A stretch of DNA of 64,000 bases from Candidatus Bathyarchaeia archaeon. GTDB lineage: Archaea > Thermoproteota > Bathyarchaeia > 40CM-2-53-6 > DTGE01. Where the stretch lies: positions 16,812 through 80,811 of the forward strand of contig JAWCKG010000005.1 in assembly GCA_038852285.1 (NCBI GenBank). Reading direction: 5' to 3'. The notes under the pieces were generated by a model. It saw only the letters and a list, made by a program, of their open reading frames with translations. It had not been told where the DNA came from and made no database searches. Every line of letters begins with the position of its first letter. The first letter of the stretch is position 1. Positions 31,152 through 40,692 of this stretch are shown here, piece after piece. A program made the position numbers and the translations under genes.

Positions 31152-33140
31152 TTAACGCCTCACTGTGGACAAAATGGCTTCAACCTCGCTCTTCAACTGC
31201 TCATCTGTGAAATGCCTCATTTTAATCGCGCCTGAGGGACATGTGGCGCCGCAGACGCCGCATCCTTTACATAGAACTTGGTTGACCTTAGACCTCTTCA
31301 TTCCCTCTCTGACTTCGAGCTCGATCGCGTTGAAGAAGCAGGCCTGAACGCATAGACCGCAGCCCCCACATCGGTCCTCGTCAACCTCGGCTGTTATCGG
31401 CTCGACGGTAACCACTCCCTTAGATAAGAGGGCTGACGCCCTGCTGGCCGCGGCGCTGGCCTGAGCCACCGTGTCCGGTATGTCTTTAGGCCCCTGGGCG
31501 GTGCCGCAAACATATATGCCATCCGTGAACGTTTCAACCGGCCTAAGCTTTGGGTGGGCTTCAGCTAAGAATCCGTCAGGAGTCGTTGAAAGCTTCAGTA
31601 TGGTTCTCAGCTCCTCGACATCGGATGGAATTAGCCCGGCGGCCAACACGACGAGGTCGAATTCTTCCTCGAACACCTCACCCAGATAGGTGTTTTCATA
31701 TCTTAACCTTAAGTTTCCGGAGACGTCTTCAAGCACCTCAGCGACCCGGCCCCTCACCACTTTCACCCCTTCTCCTTGCACCCTTTCCAGAAACTCCTCG
31801 TATCCTTTCCCGAAGCATCTCAAATCTGTGTAAAAGATGACCACATCCGAGCTTGGATCCTTTTCTTTAACCTGGTGTGCTTGCTTGACGGAGGCCATAC
31901 AGCATATCCTAGAGCAGTACTTGTTGGAGTTTACATCCCTAGATCCGACGCATTGTAGGAAAGCTACCCTTCGAGGCGGCTTACGGTCGGAAGGCCTAAG
32001 TATTTGACCATAGGTGGGCCCTGAGGCGCTGACCATCCGCTCGAACTCTAGGTTTGTTATCACGTTTTTGTATCTTCCATACCCATATTCATATTTCTGT
32101 GAGCAGTCGTATGGTTCGTACCCGGTGGCGATGACGATCGCCCCTACCTTGAGCTTCACCTCCACGGGTTTCTGATCAAAGTCCACCGCCTTTTCAGGGC
32201 AAAACTTCTCGCATACCCTGCAAACGCCTTTCTGATGGTACAGGCAGTGCTCTGGGTCTATGGTGTACTTTAAAGGAACAGCCTGTGGGAACGGGATGTA
32301 TATGGCTTTCCGCTCGCCGAGGCCCATGTCGAACTCGTTGGGAACCCTGACGGGGCATTTTTCAGCGCATAACCCGCAGGCCCTGCACAATTCTTCTCGA
32401 ACAAACCTAGGCTTCCTTAAAACGGTGACTTCGAAGCCTCCTACATTACCCCCCACGGACTTTACTTCGGAGTAGACGAGCAATTCGATGTTTTCGTGTC
32501 TCGAGGCCTCTACCATTTTCGGCGTCAGTATACATGAGGAACAATCTAACGTTGGAAACGTCTTGTCAAGTTGAGCCATATGTCCCCCGAGGGAGGGTTG
32601 CTTCTCAACCAAGTAGACTTTGAAGCCTTGATCCGCTAAGTCGAGTGAGGCTTGAATGCCGGCTACGCCACCACCCACCACTAAGACAGATTTTTCCACC
32701 TCTATGGTAAGGGGTTCAAGAGGCTCATTATGGAGGCTTTTCATCACCGCGGCGGCTACCAGAGCCTTGGCCTTCTCCGTAGCCGCTTCTTTTTGGTTCA
32801 TATGAACCCAGGAGCATTGCTCCCTGATGTTCGCTACCTCCAGCAGGTAGGGGTTGAGTCCCGACTCCTTCACCGTCCTCCTGAATGTTTCCTCATGCAT
32901 CCTCGGCGAGCATGCCGCCACAACCACGCGATTTAATCCCCGTTGCTTCACGTTGTCCTTTATCAATCCTTGTCCTGGGTCGGAGCAGAGGTAAACATAG
33001 TGGGTTGAAAACTCTACCCCGGGAAGTTTCCCAGAGAACTCAGCCAAGGCCTCCACGTTTACTGTTCCGGCGATGTTGCTTCCACAATGGCATATGAAGA
33101 CGCCTATTCTCACAGGCTCTTTTAGAGGCTCATCCTTCAC
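31152..33140 (-). CDS. hdrA: Heterodisulfide reductase subunit A (FAD, multiple Fe-S)
   Basis: 662 aa with the GGGVAG FAD motif, several CxxCxxCxxxCP ferredoxin motifs, and an N-terminal Cys cluster. Confidence 0.9.
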   Translation of the reverse strand: MKDEPLKEPVRIGVFICHCGSNIAGTVNVEALAEFSGKLPGVEFSTHYVYLCSDPGQGLIKDNVKQRGLNRVVVAACSPRMHEETFRRTVKESGLNPYLLEVANIREQCSWVHMNQKEAATEKAKALVAAAVMKSLHNEPLEPLTIEVEKSVLVVGGGVAGIQASLDLADQGFKVYLVEKQPSLGGHMAQLDKTFPTLDCSSCILTPKMVEASRHENIELLVYSEVKSVGGNVGGFEVTVLRKPRFVREELCRACGLCAEKCPVRVPNEFDMGLGERKAIYIPFPQAVPLKYTIDPEHCLYHQKGVCRVCEKFCPEKAVDFDQKPVEVKLKVGAIVIATGYEPYDCSQKYEYGYGRYKNVITNLEFERMVSASGPTYGQILRPSDRKPPRRVAFLQCVGSRDVNSNKYCSRICCMASVKQAHQVKEKDPSSDVVIFYTDLRCFGKGYEEFLERVQGEGVKVVRGRVAEVLEDVSGNLRLRYENTYLGEVFEEEFDLVVLAAGLIPSDVEELRTILKLSTTPDGFLAEAHPKLRPVETFTDGIYVCGTAQGPKDIPDTVAQASAAASRASALLSKGVVTVEPITAEVDEDRCGGCGLCVQACFFNAIELEVREGMKRSKVNQVLCKGCGVCGATCPSGAIKMRHFTDEQLKSEVEAILSTVRR

Positions 33141-34030
33141 TGGACGCTCACCTTGGTGATCTTCCTTAAAAACGGCTGGGTAGATATGGCGTGGGCCTGT
33201 AACCCCAGAAGTCTTGGGTTTAAGCCAAACGCCAACCCTAGTAGCTGGGTTAAATGGACGACTGGTATGTTATATTCTAAGCCCTTCTTCTCGGCTAGCT
33301 CCCTTTGACCTCTATCGAACTGTAGGTGGCAAAAAGCACATACGTTTAATATGCAATCTGCTTGCGACGCCTTTACGTTCTCCAACTTCTCCTTCGTCAT
33401 GTCTAAGGCGAGCTCCAAGTTGGAGGACCTTACCCCTCCGCCTGCTCCGCAACACATGTGCTTGTCCTTATAATCGACGCTTTCGGCCCCTAGGTTTCGA
33501 ACCAACTCATCCACAAATACGGGTTTCTCAGGGTTATCGATCTTTTTCAGAGTTCCAGGCCTCAGAAGATGACATCCATAGTGCACGGCGATTTTCAATC
33601 CAGTCAAGCTCTGACTCAGCCTTTTCACTTGGTCCAAATGTCCCTCATATATCAGCTTGGCGAAGTGATGAACCTCCACGTTTCCCCTGTAAATCCTTCC
33701 AGTTTTAGAAAGGAGCGCATTCACGGTTTTCCTTGTTTCCTCTTCATTTTTGAGCGTATTGTTTGCTTCAAAGAGGGTCCCGAAGCATCCGTTACACAAG
33801 GTAACCACGTCAGCGCGGTTTTCCTCCGCTATGGCAAGGTTTCGAGCCGCCACCGTCAACCAGGTTTGTTCACTAAAAGAGCCAACAACCCCGGGTGCGG
33901 GGCAGCATGAAGCTCCAAGCATGTCTTTCAAATTCACCCCGAGTTTATTGAAAACCATCTTGGTGGCGGATTCTATGCCAGGATACCTATTAGGGACGAT
34001 GCACCCTAGGAACAGGGAGTAACTCGTCAA
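33137..34030 (-). CDS. hdrB: Heterodisulfide reductase subunit B (two CCG domains)
   Basis: CCPAPG and CCGAGGG CCG-domain signatures. 4-nt overlap with hdrA. Confidence 0.85.
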   Translation of the reverse strand: MTSYSLFLGCIVPNRYPGIESATKMVFNKLGVNLKDMLGASCCPAPGVVGSFSEQTWLTVAARNLAIAEENRADVVTLCNGCFGTLFEANNTLKNEEETRKTVNALLSKTGRIYRGNVEVHHFAKLIYEGHLDQVKRLSQSLTGLKIAVHYGCHLLRPGTLKKIDNPEKPVFVDELVRNLGAESVDYKDKHMCCGAGGGVRSSNLELALDMTKEKLENVKASQADCILNVCAFCHLQFDRGQRELAEKKGLEYNIPVVHLTQLLGLAFGLNPRLLGLQAHAISTQPFLRKITKVSVQ

Positions 34031-34539
34031 CCAGTCATCCTCCTGAAACCAGTGGCCTCCAAGATGGTTTCAAGCTCCTTCAGCGATTCAGGGTAGCTGT
34101 GGACGGTCGGAGGTAGCTCGCTCAAACCTAGGCTTTTCCTGACAGCCCTCACTTCATCGTTTATCGGCACCAAGTGACCTGTATCACAAAATAGCCGGGC
34201 CACCTTTTGATGAGCGGCCTTCATGAACCCCTTTCGAACGGCGATATTCCTCAGCCTCTTTATGACCGAGGTTGGCTGGGCGTCACGGGGGCATCGATCA
34301 AAACAGACATAGCAGGTGGTGCATAGCCACAAATCATCGGAGTTTAACACATCTTCGAAACCCATAAGAACCTTTTCCATCAACCGCCTCACCCTTAACT
34401 GTGTCCTTCGACCAGATGGACAGCTACCCGTACAAGCCCCGCATTGAACGCATTTCAGAAGATTTCGACTATGGGATATGAGTTCATCTAATACGGTTTC
34501 AACGGCTCGGGATCGACTTTCTTGGATGGACGTGGGCAA
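34027..34539 (-). CDS. hdrC: Heterodisulfide reductase subunit C (2x[4Fe-4S])
   Basis: CVQCGACTGSCP and CTTCYVCFDRCP motifs. Overlaps the hdrB start. Confidence 0.85.
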   Translation of the reverse strand: MPTSIQESRSRAVETVLDELISHSRNLLKCVQCGACTGSCPSGRRTQLRVRRLMEKVLMGFEDVLNSDDLWLCTTCYVCFDRCPRDAQPTSVIKRLRNIAVRKGFMKAAHQKVARLFCDTGHLVPINDEVRAVRKSLGLSELPPTVHSYPESLKELETILEATGFRRMTG

Positions 34540-34902
34540 AGTTTTCTCCTCAAACCGTGTTGTGGAGAGGGTGCGAGTTGGGTCATATTAACGGAGTTAA
34601 AATATTTAAAGATTATTTAATGTGATGCCGTGCTGGAGACCCCTGCTTTATGACAAAAATATTTTAATTTTATCGGATAAAACCTTCCGATGCTATGTTT
34701 TTTTTAAAAAAAAAGTTTGTCGCTTTACTAAAATTAATTTTCAGATGAGAACTACGAGCTCGCTTTCTTAAACCTCAAATATTATTTAAAAATTTCAAGA
34801 CTTAAACCTATATATAGCACTTTCAAGTGAATTAAACGTGGCTGAAGGCTTTTTTATGTTAAGAGGTTTAAAAATTAATGATTTGTCGGTCTTCGCGACT
34901 GC

Positions 34903-35595
34903 GTGGGATGCTGTATGAGAAGAAGCCTATCTGGGTGGCTTGATAGGAGGGAGAAGGCGCGGACGTTGAGCATCGCGAAGGAGCAGATGAAGAAGGCTTT
35001 AGACACGGTTTACGAGTTAGAGAAAGGCCTAAGGGAGGCTTCTCAGGGAGATCATGAGGCGTCAAGGAGTTCCATTGAAAGGCTGTTCGTGATGGAGGAG
35101 GAGGTGGATCAGTTAAGGAGGGAGGTTTTTCAGCGCTTAGCGAGGGTTGAGTTGAGGACCAGGGATCGAGAGGACCTCCTGCACTTTGTGAAAAGAATGG
35201 ATGTCATGGCGGATCATGTGAAGGATTCCGCTAGAGCGGTGTTGATCCTATTGAAGTCTAAGTCTATTCCCTCCACCATTTGGGACGGCTTAATCAAAAT
35301 GTCTAAAAGCTTGGTGGAGTGCGCTTCATCGCTGAGGATGAGCATTGAAAGGCTTGAGGACGATGTTAAGAAGGCGGAGGAGTTTTCGCTGAAAGTAGAT
35401 GAATGGGAGCATAAGGTTGATGATCAAAACCTAGATTTGAGGAAGCTTTTAATCGAGGGGGCTGGGAAAATCGATCCCGCCACCCTCATAACTCTTAGGG
35501 ATCTGGTGTTTTCCATGGAGGAGGTGGCGGATAGTTGTGCAGACACCGCCGACTACATACGTGTGTTGATCTCAGGCGGGATGGGCCCCCATTAA
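34903..35595 (+). CDS. DUF47 / PhoU-like protein (distant PhoU homolog, TIGR00153-like)
   Basis: Helical, Glu/Arg-rich repeats with the EEEVDQLRRE...LRTRDREDLL pattern. The start may be the internal ATG at 34915. Confidence 0.6.
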   Translation: MGCCMRRSLSGWLDRREKARTLSIAKEQMKKALDTVYELEKGLREASQGDHEASRSSIERLFVMEEEVDQLRREVFQRLARVELRTRDREDLLHFVKRMDVMADHVKDSARAVLILLKSKSIPSTIWDGLIKMSKSLVECASSLRMSIERLEDDVKKAEEFSLKVDEWEHKVDDQNLDLRKLLIEGAGKIDPATLITLRDLVFSMEEVADSCADTADYIRVLISGGMGPH

Positions 35596-35607
35596 CCGGG
35601 ATATAGA

Positions 35608-36279
35608 TTAGAATAGCCCAACTGTGATTACTCTAATTTGGTCTACTGTGTTTTCACACCAATCTGCGACGTATTCTATGGCGTCTAGCAGCTGGCTGAT
35701 CAATATGGCTTCCCCTGGGTTTATGTTTCCATAATCCATGCTGGGGTAATGCTCCCTAGCTTGCTGGTATAAGCCGTCCACCTCCTCCTCAAGCCTCTCC
35801 ACTTGGTCAGCTATTTTCAAGGATTCTTCCAGGTCTTCGCTGAGCTTGTCAACGCATCTAGCCACCGCGTTAACGCATTCCCCAACCTTGCCAATCATGC
35901 TTAAAACCACGTTCATCAACTCTGATGGTAGCTTATGGATCGGCGCCGACACTAAGATTCTAGCTGCTTCCAAGCTCCAGTCCGCGATCCAGTCGATGAG
36001 GCGAACCAAGCGTAGGAGATCGCCTCTATCAGACGGCTCCAACTCGCTTTTAGCCACCTCCAACGTAATTCTTCTCCTAATCGAGTCCGCTTCCCTTTCA
36101 TGGCTGAACACTAAATTTATGCTGGAGGAAGCCACGTCGACATCTCCTACCGATTTGAATTTAACGGCCTTAGAAAGCTCTTCAAAGCATTTGATTGTTG
36201 AGTCCAAATGGTTTCTAGCCAGCTGAATAACGCTGATCCTTTTTCTTCTATCAAGCCAATCCAATATTCTTTTACTCAA
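35608..36279 (-). CDS. DUF47 / PhoU-like protein, co-transcribed at the end of the ABC importer operon
   Basis: Same fold pattern (EREADSIRRRITLE...SDRGDLLRLV). Its start overlaps the stop of the upstream ABC ATPase. Confidence 0.6.
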   Translation of the reverse strand: MSKRILDWLDRRKRISVIQLARNHLDSTIKCFEELSKAVKFKSVGDVDVASSSINLVFSHEREADSIRRRITLEVAKSELEPSDRGDLLRLVRLIDWIADWSLEAARILVSAPIHKLPSELMNVVLSMIGKVGECVNAVARCVDKLSEDLEESLKIADQVERLEEEVDGLYQQAREHYPSMDYGNINPGEAILISQLLDAIEYVADWCENTVDQIRVITVGLF

Positions 36280-37375
36280 CCTTTATCGCTTCCATCAAAC
36301 CTTCCTTCGGATAAAAGTAGATGTGAATTCTTTTCGGATTTAACCTTACACTTACTTTTTCCCCTAATCTAAACCTTACCTTTGATTCGATTGGGGTTCG
36401 AATAGTGATCAAATCGTCGTTGATGAGGCGAACCTCAAACCTTGTGATCCCTCCGGTGAACCTCACCCTCTCCACTTCACCGGCAACAACGTTCACATCG
36501 CTGCCCGAATATTTTTCAAGCTTCATGAACTCAGGTCTTATCGCCAAGGCGACCCTGTCACCTATTTTAAACCCATCAGCCTCGGCTTTTATCATTAACC
36601 CTCCATGAACCTCCACAAAGGTTTCCCCCTTACCTACGTTGACGACAACACCGTCCAAGAAGTTGGCTTCGCCGATGAAGTTGGCTATGTAAGGAGTCTT
36701 AGGATGAAGGTACAGGTCTTCTGGCGACCCAACCTGCTCAATCCTGCCCCTCCTCATCACCACAATTTTATCGGAGATCGTCATAGCCTCCTCTTGGTCA
36801 TGGGTTACATGTATGGCCGTTAAGCCTAGATCCTCCACCAGCTTCCTCAGCTCGTAGCGCAGGATGACCCTTAACTTCGCGTCTAAAGCCCCTAAAGGCT
36901 CGTCGAGCAGCAGAAGCTGCGTTCCAGCCGAGAGGGCCCTAGCCAACGCAGCCCTCTGCTGCATGCCTCCGCTAAGCTCCTCGGGATAAGCGTCCTCCCT
37001 GCCGCTTAACCTCACCATCTCCAACATTTGCTTCGCGAGCTTTTCAGTATCCTCTTCACTCCAACCCTTCACCGCCGGTCCATAAGTGGTGTTGCCCCAT
37101 AGATCCATGTGAGGGAACAACGCGTAGTTTTGGAACACGAACCCGACCCCGCGATCTTCTGGAGGAACCTTGGTCACATCTCTGCCGTCGATTAATATCC
37201 TTCCTTCATCGGGCTCCACTAACCCCGCTATGAGGCGTAGGGTGGTGGTTTTCCCGCATCCACTGGCCCCCAGCAAGGTGACGTATTCACGGTTTTTCAC
37301 CGTTAAGCTGATCCTGTCCACTGCCACAACTTTTCCATACCTTTTCGTGACGTCAATTAATTCTACGTCAGGCAA
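36272..37375 (-). CDS. ABC transporter ATP-binding protein with a C-terminal TOBE-like domain (FbpC/CysA/PotA type)
   Basis: Walker A GASGCGKTT, signature LSGGMQQR, Walker B LLLDEP, plus a C-terminal beta-rich extension of about 120 aa. Confidence 0.9.
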   Translation of the reverse strand: MPDVELIDVTKRYGKVVAVDRISLTVKNREYVTLLGASGCGKTTTLRLIAGLVEPDEGRILIDGRDVTKVPPEDRGVGFVFQNYALFPHMDLWGNTTYGPAVKGWSEEDTEKLAKQMLEMVRLSGREDAYPEELSGGMQQRAALARALSAGTQLLLLDEPLGALDAKLRVILRYELRKLVEDLGLTAIHVTHDQEEAMTISDKIVVMRRGRIEQVGSPEDLYLHPKTPYIANFIGEANFLDGVVVNVGKGETFVEVHGGLMIKAEADGFKIGDRVALAIRPEFMKLEKYSGSDVNVVAGEVERVRFTGGITRFEVRLINDDLITIRTPIESKVRFRLGEKVSVRLNPKRIHIYFYPKEGLMEAIKVE

Positions 37376-37398
37376 TTTGATTCAGACCTCCGCTAACG

Positions 37399-39117
37399 CT
37401 ATTTTGAAATCCATTTAAAAACCACCAACAACACCAGCGATATGCCTATCAGATAGGCGGAGGAGAATAGGGCGGCGGGAATGGCTAACGCTTCAACCAT
37501 GTTGACGACCAAGGTAGGAACCGTGATGTCCTTCCCCATGACGATGAAGGTTGCGCCTGTTTCGCCCAGGGAATGGGTGAAAGAGAGTACGGCGCCGGCT
37601 AACACTCCCCTCTTCACCAAGGGCAGCGATATGGTCTCCGCCACGTCGTAGGATGTGGCCCCTAAGGTTCTCGCACTCTCCTCGAACAAGGCGATTTGAG
37701 AGCCCTCGTACGCCGCAATGGTGGGCTCAACGATAACGGGAACGGAGAAAACGATATGGGTTAAAATTGTAAGCCATACCCCTGGATTCAGGAGGCTTAA
37801 ACCTGAGGGCCCCCATAGCAGGAGGACCGATAAACCTAAAGCCGATGTGGGAACAATGAGAGGAATCTTCAGAACCGACCTTATCAATCCTCCAAACCTG
37901 TGTTTTTTGATGATGAACGCCAAGGGGACGGCTAAGCAAACGGATATGTATGTGGCGGTTGAAGCGACTGTAAAAGATGTAACCGTAGCCCTTACAAGGG
38001 ATTTAAAGTAGTTCGGAGGACCGAACAGCTGGTATAAGATTCCGCCAGTGACCTTCCCCGTGTATGGATCTCGACTCCAGTAAGGGATTATGGAGTTCAA
38101 CACCACAAGCACTGGGATGATCACCGTTATAACTAGGATCGATAAACTGGCCACATCTTTAACGATGTTTAACTTCTTTGAAAACGTTCTCTCAAGTCTA
38201 GGAATAACCCTTCTAAGCCCGGAGCCTAGCTCAAGCTTCTTAAACCCCCTAAACCTTAGCCTTGAGCCCATTAAAAGCTCAACAGGCAGAATCAGCGCCC
38301 AGGCCACTAATATCAGGAGGCAACCGAGAAAGGAGGCCGGTGCGAACTTAAATTCAAACACCCATCTTACGATAGCAATGGAAGCCGTTGAGTATATTCC
38401 GCTCACAACCATCGTGGCCCCGGTTTCCCCTAAGGACCGGGCGAACGCCAACACACTTCCAGAGAAGATGCCTGGGAGGGCAAGGGGCAGCAAAATTTTT
38501 CTAAAGGTTGTAAAGGAAGGCGCCCCCAATGTTCTAGACGCGGTTTCATAAACCGGGTTCACCTCTTCCATTTTGGCCTTCACCGTCAGCACAACGTATG
38601 GCAACGTGAGTCCAATATGAACCATGAACATTAAGAAGGGAATTTTAAGAAGGGGGATCAGGTAGCCAAGGTTGATGAGCCCTGAGCCCAAACCCAGAAA
38701 TCCCCCTAAACCAGCTACCGTGGTCCATGTGATCAAGGTGGCGAACCCGAAGCCTGAAGTGGGAATTACCAACGGCAACGTTACGATGTCCTCGAGTAGA
38801 GATTTTCCAGCAAACCTTTTCCTAGCCAACATGTACGCCAAGGGGACGCCGAAGATTAAGTCGAACAGCACCGTCAAGGCGGACAGTTTAAAAGAGAACA
38901 ATAATACCCTTTGGATTTGGATCCAATTCTCATTTCCTATATGGGGGTTCGCGAAAATCTCCAAGTAAATTTCGTTCCATCGAGTAAAGGTGAAGGAGAT
39001 TAAAAATATCGTGGGCAATAAGACCAAAAACATGAACGCGGTTAAAGAAGAGTAAAGGACAAGGGAATTGAACCATCTTCTAGGCTCAGTTTTAACGACT
39101 GTAAGCCATGTCTGCAT
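37399..39117 (-). CDS. Fused double-domain ABC permease (FbpB/ThiP-like)
   Basis: 572 aa with two tandem permease modules, each carrying an EAA-type loop (ETASRTLGAPSF and EESARTLGATSY). Confidence 0.85.
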   Translation of the reverse strand: MQTWLTVVKTEPRRWFNSLVLYSSLTAFMFLVLLPTIFLISFTFTRWNEIYLEIFANPHIGNENWIQIQRVLLFSFKLSALTVLFDLIFGVPLAYMLARKRFAGKSLLEDIVTLPLVIPTSGFGFATLITWTTVAGLGGFLGLGSGLINLGYLIPLLKIPFLMFMVHIGLTLPYVVLTVKAKMEEVNPVYETASRTLGAPSFTTFRKILLPLALPGIFSGSVLAFARSLGETGATMVVSGIYSTASIAIVRWVFEFKFAPASFLGCLLILVAWALILPVELLMGSRLRFRGFKKLELGSGLRRVIPRLERTFSKKLNIVKDVASLSILVITVIIPVLVVLNSIIPYWSRDPYTGKVTGGILYQLFGPPNYFKSLVRATVTSFTVASTATYISVCLAVPLAFIIKKHRFGGLIRSVLKIPLIVPTSALGLSVLLLWGPSGLSLLNPGVWLTILTHIVFSVPVIVEPTIAAYEGSQIALFEESARTLGATSYDVAETISLPLVKRGVLAGAVLSFTHSLGETGATFIVMGKDITVPTLVVNMVEALAIPAALFSSAYLIGISLVLLVVFKWISK

Positions 39118-39142
39118 CCCTATCCTCCTCCTTCGCGTTCCC

Positions 39143-40303
39143 TTAAACGCCGGGGTTTCGAGCCTTCGCCCAATCTACGAATATGGCTTCCAGCACCTCG
39201 CCAAGTGGGGGGTTAAGAACCGGCGTATCGATGCGTGGTTGAACTCCGTTTTCCTCGCTGAACAACTCTTCATCCAAGGGCACGCTTGGATTGGCTGGCC
39301 TCAGCCCATACTCTTGGGCCATTCTCTGAACCTCAGGCTTCAACAGATATATTAAGTACTGGGTCGCGGCGAACCTCTGCCAGATCGACACCCACTCTGC
39401 GTCTAAGATCACGTAGGGATGGTCGCAGAGGAGAGTCCCCCTCTCAGGGTATATGGCTTTAATGGAGTCTCCCCACTTCTTTTTCGCTTTTAAGGAATTA
39501 TCTATGACGACGTTCTCATAAACTCCGAAGACGTCGATGGCGTCAGGTCCGTTTTCAGCCGCCCAGCTTCCGAAGAACCCTGTGCTCTCGCCGTAAGCGA
39601 CTGCGTGGGATTCAATCGCCCTCACAAACTCGACGACTTCTGGTTTTTTCAGATCCTCTACCTTGATTTCATCAGGCCTTTTATTCAACGCCTCAGCGAA
39701 CTCCAACACGGCTACCATGGCTCCACCGTTCGACAAGAGCGGATCAGGATGACCATATTTGAAGTGAACTCCTTTCTTACTTAGCTCGTAGAGGTCACGG
39801 AAGCTGGTAACGTTATATTTTGATAGGAAAGAGCTCCATCCAGCGATGACCACGGGAGATGTGGCCAAGGCCGTCCAATCCTTAGCGATGAGCTCTTCAT
39901 GGCCCTCACGCATCCACTTGCCGTTTAAATACGGGATCCACAGACTGGAGGCGGGGCTCCAAGCCGTGGGCTTGGCGCTTCCCAAGAGGATTAGGTTCAC
40001 GGTTTTATGAGAACCCGTTACCGTCAACTTAACCTTAACAGTTATGTTAAACTCGTCTTTAAACCATTCTTCAAAATCAGGGGTCACCCTCTCAATCCAC
40101 CCCTGCTTCTCGCTGGTGCATAGGAACTCAAACTCTATGTATTCGGGTTTAACCGTGGCGGTGGAGGGTTGAGTAAGGCTAGTGAATATGAATGAGATAC
40201 CTGAGAATATTAGAAAGCCAATTATTACCCCTGAGATGAGCATTAGGTATCCTCGCCTAGGAAACAAAGGCCTCCTCGACATGCTCCACACCTCTCCAAC
40301 CAT
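39143..40303 (-). CDS. ABC transporter substrate-binding protein with an N-terminal membrane anchor
   Basis: N-terminal TM helix followed by a periplasmic-binding-protein-like domain. First gene of the SBP-permease-ATPase operon. Confidence 0.7.
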   Translation of the reverse strand: MVGEVWSMSRRPLFPRRGYLMLISGVIIGFLIFSGISFIFTSLTQPSTATVKPEYIEFEFLCTSEKQGWIERVTPDFEEWFKDEFNITVKVKLTVTGSHKTVNLILLGSAKPTAWSPASSLWIPYLNGKWMREGHEELIAKDWTALATSPVVIAGWSSFLSKYNVTSFRDLYELSKKGVHFKYGHPDPLLSNGGAMVAVLEFAEALNKRPDEIKVEDLKKPEVVEFVRAIESHAVAYGESTGFFGSWAAENGPDAIDVFGVYENVVIDNSLKAKKKWGDSIKAIYPERGTLLCDHPYVILDAEWVSIWQRFAATQYLIYLLKPEVQRMAQEYGLRPANPSVPLDEELFSEENGVQPRIDTPVLNPPLGEVLEAIFVDWAKARNPGV

Positions 40304-40692
40304 TCACGTTCATCTACGCTCCAAGTTTAATGGGTCATCTCGAAGCCGAGCCTCATTAGCGCAATGTCGCTCACCGTTTCCTCAAAGAATAGCTAACAAG
40401 CGCATTTATATCGTTTCACGTCTTATGTTCGCTCTGTTCCTAATCATCTAAGGCTTTTAACGATTGCGGGTTAAACCTCATGCCCCTTTAAACCAGAATT
40501 CCACGAAACGTGGACAAGGAGGTTTGAAAGCCGCGTGAAGGGGGTTTTTGAAACCTTAACAGGGACGCTTGGTTAAGGTCAAAGCGAATATACTCCGACT
40601 TTGAGCAACGTTCTTGACTCGTGAAAGTTTGATTTCGATTGAGATTACGCGTCTTGTTTCCGCTCCAATCAGCCGCTGGATATCGTAACCCA

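Noticed and set aside
28282-34539. Selenocysteine (in-frame TGA) in Hdr/Mvh subunits
   Set aside because: All six ORFs are continuous with Cys at the relevant positions, with no internal TGA.
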